DNA of 60,102 bases from Bacillales bacterium (GTDB taxonomy: Bacteria; Bacillota_I; Bacilli_A; RF39; UBA660), in NCBI GenBank assembly GCA_016292035.1, contig JAEEZR010000019.1, positions 1-60,102 on the forward strand, given 5' to 3'. Under the pieces are notes generated by a model, which saw nothing but the letters and a program-made list of their open reading frames with translations, was not told the DNA's origin and searched no databases. Every line of letters starts with the position of its first letter. Within the stretch, counting starts at the first letter, position 1. A program made the position numbers and the translations under genes. Positions 59,421-60,102 of the stretch are shown piece by piece.

Positions 59421-59960
59421 TTAATAATTAGTAGCAAGTCTTTCTTGATAAGCTCTTCCGTGTTTACAAACAGGGCATACATCAACTGCTTCTTTAGATT
59501 TATAAACATGTCCACAGTTTCTACAAATCCAATATACTTCTTCATCGCTTTCAAATACTAATTCGTCTTCAACACTTTTAAGAAGTTTTAAGTATCTTTC
59601 TTCATGATGTTTTTCAATTTCAGCTACGCCTTCAAATAAAGCTGCAATATCATCAAATCCTTCACTTCTTGCAACAGATGCAAACTCTTTATACATATTT
59701 GTCCACTCATAGTTTTCTCCTTCTGCTGCATTTCTTAAGTTTTCAATAGTTGAAGGAACTTTACCATCATTTAAAGCTTTGAACCATAATTTAGCATGTT
59801 CTTTTTCATTATTAGCAGTTTCTTCAAATATAGCTGCTATTTGTTCATAGCCATCTTTCTTAGCTTGAGATGCAAAGTATGTGTATTTGTTTCTTGCTTC
59901 ACTTTCTCCTGCAAATGCAGCCATTAAGTTCTTTTCAGTTTGACTTCCTTTTAATTCCAT
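59421..59960 (-). CDS. rbr: Rubrerythrin
   Basis: [40 protein letters not shown]...CPVC. Confidence 0.96.
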   Translation of the reverse strand: MELKGSQTEKNLMAAFAGESEARNKYTYFASQAKKDGYEQIAAIFEETANNEKEHAKLWFKALNDGKVPSTIENLRNAAEGENYEWTNMYKEFASVARSEGFDDIAALFEGVAEIEKHHEERYLKLLKSVEDELVFESDEEVYWICRNCGHVYKSKEAVDVCPVCKHGRAYQERLATNY

Positions 59961-60024
59961 AATAATCCTCCTAACATAATTTTACCAAAATTAAATATAA
60001 TAATAAAGTAAAAAAATAAAAAAA

Positions 60025-60051
60025 TTAGCACTCTCACTTGACAAGTGCTAA
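60025..60051 (+). promoter_or_regulatory. CIRCE operator (HrcA site) overlapping the -35 box
   Basis: TTAGCACTC-N9-AAGTGCTAA (one mismatch to consensus); TTGACA at 60038 and TAGACT at 60061 with 17-nt spacing. Confidence 0.9.
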
Positions 60052-60089
60052 TGAAAGTGATAGACTTAAAAATGTAAGGAGATGATATT

Positions 60090-60102
60090 ATGAGTTTATT
60101 AC
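60090..60102 (+). CDS. Start of an HrcA-regulated heat-shock gene (MSLL..., truncated by window edge; possibly Hsp20)
   Basis: RBS AAGGAG and ATG directly after CIRCE; only 4 codons visible. Confidence 0.45.

Noticed and set aside
1-60102. Mycoplasma-type genetic code 4 suggested by the very low GC
   Set aside because: TGA terminates genes cleanly (for example at 40540, 42359, 54940), conserved Trp positions use TGG, and cell-wall genes are present.

Overview
Very AT-rich chromosomal window from a walled, probably spore-forming, reduced-genome Firmicute (Bacilli). An RF39-like lineage is my inference from gene style. The standard code is used (TGA acts as stop). The backbone is housekeeping: htrA 3' end, lipid kinase, typA, queH, tagA, lysS with a T-box, dusB, rplM-rpsI, iscR-iscS-iscU, phosphoketolase, murT-gatD, cwlJ, rubrerythrin and a CIRCE-controlled gene at the right edge. 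I saw no rRNA, tRNA, CRISPR array, integrase, transposase or reverse transcriptase. The least explained structure is a set of single-gene accessory units wedged in at intrinsic terminators, with the terminator duplicated on both sides: a perfect 61-bp direct repeat around an orphan gene that borrows the htrA C-terminus, a 28-bp repeat around an Ig-PASTA-Ltp lipoprotein, and a terminator-bounded tandem pair of variable WG-type repeat genes. Other highlights are a SipW peptidase with TasA/CalY-like partners and two Cys-paired DxDxDG-repeat surface proteins, a degenerate GGDEF receptor, a stand-alone three-hairpin small RNA candidate, an atypical Lys T-box and a possible -1 frameshift gene. All product calls come from motif recognition by eye; no searches were run.
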